Source: Gaiellaceae bacterium (lineage in GTDB: Bacteria > Actinomycetota > Thermoleophilia > Gaiellales > Gaiellaceae). From it: a stretch of 64,000 nucleotides of DNA. Below the pieces are notes generated by a model. That model was not told where the DNA came from. It saw only the letters and a list, made by a program, of their open reading frames with translations, and made no database searches. A program made the translations under genes and the position numbers. Shown one piece after another: positions 59,973 through 64,000 of the stretch (position 1 is the first letter of the stretch; every line of letters begins with the position of its first letter). The stretch spans positions 1,751-65,750 of the forward strand of contig JBBJLW010000016.1 of the NCBI GenBank assembly GCA_037720595.1, in the 5' to 3' direction.

Positions 59973-61874
59973 TCAGGGCTGGATCGTAGCAAGCTCTGCA
60001 CGGAAGTCGGCGATCAGCTCCTCGAGGCTCCGCGTCGACTGCTCACCGCCGCGGGCGCGCACGGCAAGAGCGTCGTCCGACTCCTTGTCGCCGTAGACGA
60101 CGGTGAAGGGGATCTTCTCGAGCTCTGCCTCGCGGATTCGCTTGCCGAGCGTCTCGTCCCGCTCGTCCACGTCGACGCGGAATCCGTCGGTCTCGAGGCG
60201 TCGGCGCAGGTCCTGGACGGCCTCGCGGTGCTTCTCGGCGACCGGGATCACGCGCAGCTGGACGGGAGCCAGCCAGAAGGGGAAGGCGCCGCCGAAATTC
60301 TCGATCACGATCCCGAGGAAGCGCTCGTACGAGCCGTAGAGCGCCCGGTGCACGACGACAGGCGTGTGCTCGGCGTTGTCGGCGCCCATGTAGGTGAGCC
60401 CGAAGCGCGCGGGCATCTGGTAGTCGATCTGGATCGTCCCCATCTGCCAGCTCCGACCGAGCGAGTCCCCCATGAAGAGGTCGATCTTCGGGCCGTAGAA
60501 GGCGCCCTCGCCGGCGGCGATCGTGAACGGGATCTCGTGGCGCTCGAGCGCGAGCTGGAGCGAGCCCTCGGCCCGGTCCCAGGTCTCGTCCTCGCCCAGC
60601 TTGTTGTCGGGCCGGGTCGCGAGCTCGGCGCGCGCCGACATCCCGAACAGACCGTAGAGGTAGCGGGCGTAGTCGATCATCCCGTCGATCTCCGGCTGGA
60701 TCTGATCCTCGGCGCAGAAGACGTGGGCGTCGTCCTGGACGAAGAGCCGCGCGCGCAGCAGGCCGTGGAGCGCGCCGGCGAGCTCGTTCCGGTGCAGCGA
60801 GGCGGCCTCGGCGAACCGGAGCGGAAGATCGCGGTAGCTGCGGAGCCGGCTGCCGAAGAGCAGCATGTGCCCCGGGCAGTTCATCGCCTTGACGCCGAGT
60901 CGCTGCTCGTTGGCCTCGAGCGTGAACATCAGGTCTTCGTACTTCGGGTAGTGGCCGGACGTAACGAACGTGTGCTCGTCGTAGATCAGCGGTGTGCGTA
61001 CGTCCTCGTAGCCGCGCCTCGCGTTTTCTCGCCGGCGGATGCGTTCGAGTTCGTCCCAGAGCACGGTCCCCTTCGAATGCCAGAACGGTGCGCCCGGAGC
61101 GCGCTCGGAGAAGTGGAAGAGGTCGAGCTGCGGCCCCAACTTACGGTGATCGCGCCCCTTCGCGAGCTCGAGCCGCTCCAGGTGCGCGTCGAGGTCGGCC
61201 TGGGTGTAGAACGCCGTGCCGTAGATCCGCGTCAGTTGCGTGTTGCGCTCGTCGCCGCGCCAGTACGCGCCTGCAAGCGAGGTCAGTTTGACCGCCTTGA
61301 TCGGCGTTGAGTCCTGGAGGTGTGGGCCCCGGCAGAGATCCGTGAACCCTTCCTGGCTATAGAGGGAGATCGTGCCCTCGGCGGTCTCGACGAGCTCGAC
61401 CTTGTACGGCTCGTTCTCCTCGAGGAACCGCTGCTTCGCATCGGCCGCGGAGATCTCCTCGCGCTTCCACGTCCGACCCTCGCCGAGCAGGCGGCCGATC
61501 TCCGACTCGATCCGCTCGAGGTCGTCCTCGCGGATCGGCTCCGGGAACTGGAAGTCGTAGTAGAAGCCGTTCTCGATCGGGGGGCCGATCGCGATCTTTA
61601 CGCCCGGGTAGAGCCGCCGAACCGCCTCCGCGAGCAGGTGGGCGGCCGAGTGGCGCAGGACATAAAGCGCGTCCGGGTCGGAGGTATCGCGCGTCGTGAG
61701 GAACTGGATCGGCTTTCCGTCCTCGAGCGGCAACCGCACGTCTTGCACGCTCCCGTTCGAGCGCACGAGCACGGCCTGCTCGGCCAGCTTCGGCCCGATC
61801 GCGCGAGCTGCATCGAGCCCGGTCGCACCGTCGGGAAGTTCGAGTTCCTTGCCATCGGGCAGGATCGCCTTCAT
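59973..61874 (-). CDS. thrS: threonine--tRNA ligase
   Basis: 633 aa with a TGS domain, an editing-domain HSAAHLL motif, class II core motifs and an anticodon-binding domain. Confidence 0.95.
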   Translation of the reverse strand: MKAILPDGKELELPDGATGLDAARAIGPKLAEQAVLVRSNGSVQDVRLPLEDGKPIQFLTTRDTSDPDALYVLRHSAAHLLAEAVRRLYPGVKIAIGPPIENGFYYDFQFPEPIREDDLERIESEIGRLLGEGRTWKREEISAADAKQRFLEENEPYKVELVETAEGTISLYSQEGFTDLCRGPHLQDSTPIKAVKLTSLAGAYWRGDERNTQLTRIYGTAFYTQADLDAHLERLELAKGRDHRKLGPQLDLFHFSERAPGAPFWHSKGTVLWDELERIRRRENARRGYEDVRTPLIYDEHTFVTSGHYPKYEDLMFTLEANEQRLGVKAMNCPGHMLLFGSRLRSYRDLPLRFAEAASLHRNELAGALHGLLRARLFVQDDAHVFCAEDQIQPEIDGMIDYARYLYGLFGMSARAELATRPDNKLGEDETWDRAEGSLQLALERHEIPFTIAAGEGAFYGPKIDLFMGDSLGRSWQMGTIQIDYQMPARFGLTYMGADNAEHTPVVVHRALYGSYERFLGIVIENFGGAFPFWLAPVQLRVIPVAEKHREAVQDLRRRLETDGFRVDVDERDETLGKRIREAELEKIPFTVVYGDKESDDALAVRARGGEQSTRSLEELIADFRAELATIQP

Positions 61875-62086
61875 GACAGATCAGGATACGCACCCACGCG
61901 AAGACGATCGCAACGAGGAACTCGAAGGCTCGCCCGTCCCGGATCCGGAGGAGGAGCAGGGCGACGCCGAGGACGTTCCGGGCGCCGACTAGTAGCGAAG
62001 GCGCATGGCCGGCCAGGAGCGGCAGTCGTTTTCACGATCGTGCGCGAGGGTACCCCTGGCACGAGAATCGACGGAAGGAGAAGACC

Positions 62087-62500
62087 ATGCATCACACCGT
62101 TCGCGATGCCATGACGGCGAATCCGACGACGGTCGAGGGCAGCACGACAGCCGAGGAGGCTGCCCGCACGATGAAGTCCGAGGACGTCGGCTCGCTCCCG
62201 ATCCTGGACGGGAACCGGCTCGTCGGCGTGATCACCGACCGGGATCTCACCCTCCGCGTACTGGGAGAGGGCAGGGGCGGCGAGACGACCGTCGGCGAAA
62301 TCGCTTCGAAGGACGTCGTCACGGTCGATCCGCAGCAGAGCCTGGAGGAAGCAGCCCGTCTGATGGCGGAGCACCAGTTGCGGCGCCTCCCGGTCTGTGA
62401 GGAGGACGGCAAGCTGGTCGGGATCGTCGCCCAGGCGGACATCGCCCAGTCCGGTCACGACACGCTCACCGGCGAGACGGTGCAGCAGATCTCGAGCTAA
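62087..62500 (+). CDS. CBS-pair domain protein
   Basis: 137 aa with two CBS repeats (VGSLPILDGNRLVGVITDRD and LRRLPVCEEDGKLVGIVAQAD). Confidence 0.85.
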   Translation: MHHTVRDAMTANPTTVEGSTTAEEAARTMKSEDVGSLPILDGNRLVGVITDRDLTLRVLGEGRGGETTVGEIASKDVVTVDPQQSLEEAARLMAEHQLRRLPVCEEDGKLVGIVAQADIAQSGHDTLTGETVQQISS

Positions 62501-62654
62501 TGCCGAGCAAGAAGGCCGCCGGTCGCAAGGGCGGCAAGGCCACGGCGCGCAAGTCGTAGACCTTCTCGGCTCGCCGCGTCCGTGAGGCGCGGCGAGCCGT
62601 GCTCGATCGCACGTCCCTCATCGGGGCTGCAGGACTTCGGCGACGCATCCGATA

Positions 62655-63998
62655 GTGGATGGGATGCCCGCCGCCGTCTACAGGGGCCCATTCGCCCGCC
62701 GGCAGGCCGAGCGCCTGCTGTGGCGCGCCGGCTTCGGCCCGCGCCGCGGCGAGGCCGAGGCGCTCGCGAAGCTCGGCCTCGAAGGCGCGGTCCGCACGCT
62801 GACCCGGCCGCGAGCCGAGCGCTTCCTCGGCGCAGCGCCCCGCGACGACAAGGGTAGAGCGCTCGCTCCGACCGATGCATGGGGCCACGACCACATCTGG
62901 TGGCTCGACCGGATGGTCCGCACCTCCCGCCCGCTCGTCGAGCGGTTGACGCTCGTGTGGCACGACTGGTTCGCGACCTCACTCGCCGGCGTCGGCTCGC
63001 AGAAGCTGATGCTGAACCAGAACAAGCTGCTGCGCACTCGCTCGCTCGGCTCGTTCGGGACGATGCTGCACGAGATCACGCGCGATCCGGCGATGCTGCT
63101 CTGGCTCTCCGGGACGAAGAACACGAAGTGGTCGCCGAACGAGAACTACGCCCGCGAGTTGATGGAGCTCTTCACGCTCGGCGCCGGCCGCGGCTACAGC
63201 GAGCAGGATGTGCGGGAGCAAGCGCGGGCGCTGACCGGCTTCGACAACGAGTGGCGTCGTGGTCTCGGCGCGCACAACTTCCATTTCGAGCGCAAGCGGC
63301 ACGACGCCGGGACGAAGCGCATCTTCGACAAGAGCGGCTCCTTCGACTGGCAGGACGCCGTGCGCCTCTGCCTGCGCCATCCAAACCATCCCTCGTTCTT
63401 CGTCGAGAAGCTCTGGGGCTATTTTGTCCCCACCGCGCTCGACGGGGCAACGCGCCGCTCGCTCGAGCAGCTCTACCGTCCCGATCTCCAGATCCGCCCG
63501 GTTGTCGAGGCGATCCTCCGCCACCCCGCGCTCTACACCGGGCCGCGCATGGTGAAGCCCCCTGTCGTCTACACGGCAGGGCTTCTGCGGGGCTGCGGCC
63601 GTGGGATCGACACGACTTCATGGTCGTGGATCTCGAACATGGCCGGTCAGCGCCTCTTCATGCCCCCGAACGTGTCCGGCTGGGACGACGACCGCTGGTT
63701 GGACACCGCCACGTTCCGCGGCCGCTGGACGACTGCCAACCAGGCGGCGCGGGCGTTCTCGGTCACCGACAAGCAGGCGGGCTCGATTTCGGGCGACCCG
63801 GAGAAGCTCGTCGCCGCGGCGATCGCCTTCTGGGGCTCGCCGACGGTCCGCCCCGAGACGCGCGCCGCACTGCTCGAGTTCGCGCGGCGCTCGATGCACG
63901 ACGCCAACCAGAGCTGGAAGCGCAAGTCCTACCCGGTGCTCGTCACGAACGCGCTCCGCCAACTCGTCGCCGTGTCCCCCGACCTCCAGACCTGCTGA
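62655..63998 (+). CDS. DUF1800-like protein
   Basis: WHDWFATS, NENYARELMELFTLG, MPPNVSGW. Confidence 0.8.
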   Translation: MDGMPAAVYRGPFARRQAERLLWRAGFGPRRGEAEALAKLGLEGAVRTLTRPRAERFLGAAPRDDKGRALAPTDAWGHDHIWWLDRMVRTSRPLVERLTLVWHDWFATSLAGVGSQKLMLNQNKLLRTRSLGSFGTMLHEITRDPAMLLWLSGTKNTKWSPNENYARELMELFTLGAGRGYSEQDVREQARALTGFDNEWRRGLGAHNFHFERKRHDAGTKRIFDKSGSFDWQDAVRLCLRHPNHPSFFVEKLWGYFVPTALDGATRRSLEQLYRPDLQIRPVVEAILRHPALYTGPRMVKPPVVYTAGLLRGCGRGIDTTSWSWISNMAGQRLFMPPNVSGWDDDRWLDTATFRGRWTTANQAARAFSVTDKQAGSISGDPEKLVAAAIAFWGSPTVRPETRAALLEFARRSMHDANQSWKRKSYPVLVTNALRQLVAVSPDLQTC

Positions 63999-64000
63999 GG

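Noticed and set aside
61873-61992. 39-aa highly acidic ORF (MTDQDTHPREDDRNEELEGSPVPDPEEEQGDAEDVPGAD) diverging from, and overlapping by 2 nt, the thrS start.
   Set aside because: It has no RBS or motif, and its low-complexity acidic composition is consistent with a chance ORF in a promoter region. It is kept only as a note.

Overview
High-GC (about 68-70%) chromosomal segment, Actinomycetota-like by gene content and order (inference only). About 49 kb (15-64 kb) is housekeeping core. It holds smpB-ssrA, ftsEX, prfB with its programmed +1 frameshift, secA, hpf, comF, ahcY-mtnA, an LCP/Ugd/ManC cell-envelope sugar cluster and hisC. It also holds a PDH/BCKDH-type 2-oxoacid dehydrogenase operon with lpd, argR, pheST, the thrS-infC-rpmI-rplT cluster, lemA-DUF2207, and CBS and DUF1800 genes. 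Positions 2.7-15 kb are accessory DNA next to the tmRNA gene. (i) A 5.5-kb island (9519-15049) sits in the 3' end of ssrA, bounded by a perfect 26-bp direct repeat. It carries a tyrosine integrase, an XRE/nucleotidyltransferase-like pair and a four-gene operon (MerR/Xis-like HTH, 194-aa unknown, PIN-like 280 aa, PD-(D/E)xK-like 332 aa). (ii) An older, decayed AICE-like element (about 2.7-9.5 kb) has a frameshifted integrase, an excisionase, a truncated RepSA/HUH-like replication initiator, two GNATs, a cupin protein and an IS110-family insertion. The four-gene operon is my best candidate for an undescribed system, possibly phage defence or abortive infection. Other anomalies: a frameshifted GGDEF gene, infC with no stop codon before rpmI, a perfect 14-bp inverted repeat touching a MerR start codon, and a likely CTG-initiated DUF2332 gene. 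No rRNA, tRNA or CRISPR array was seen. Many long ORFs in the track are antisense shadow ORFs typical of high-GC DNA and were ignored. All family assignments come from reading motifs by eye; no database search was run.
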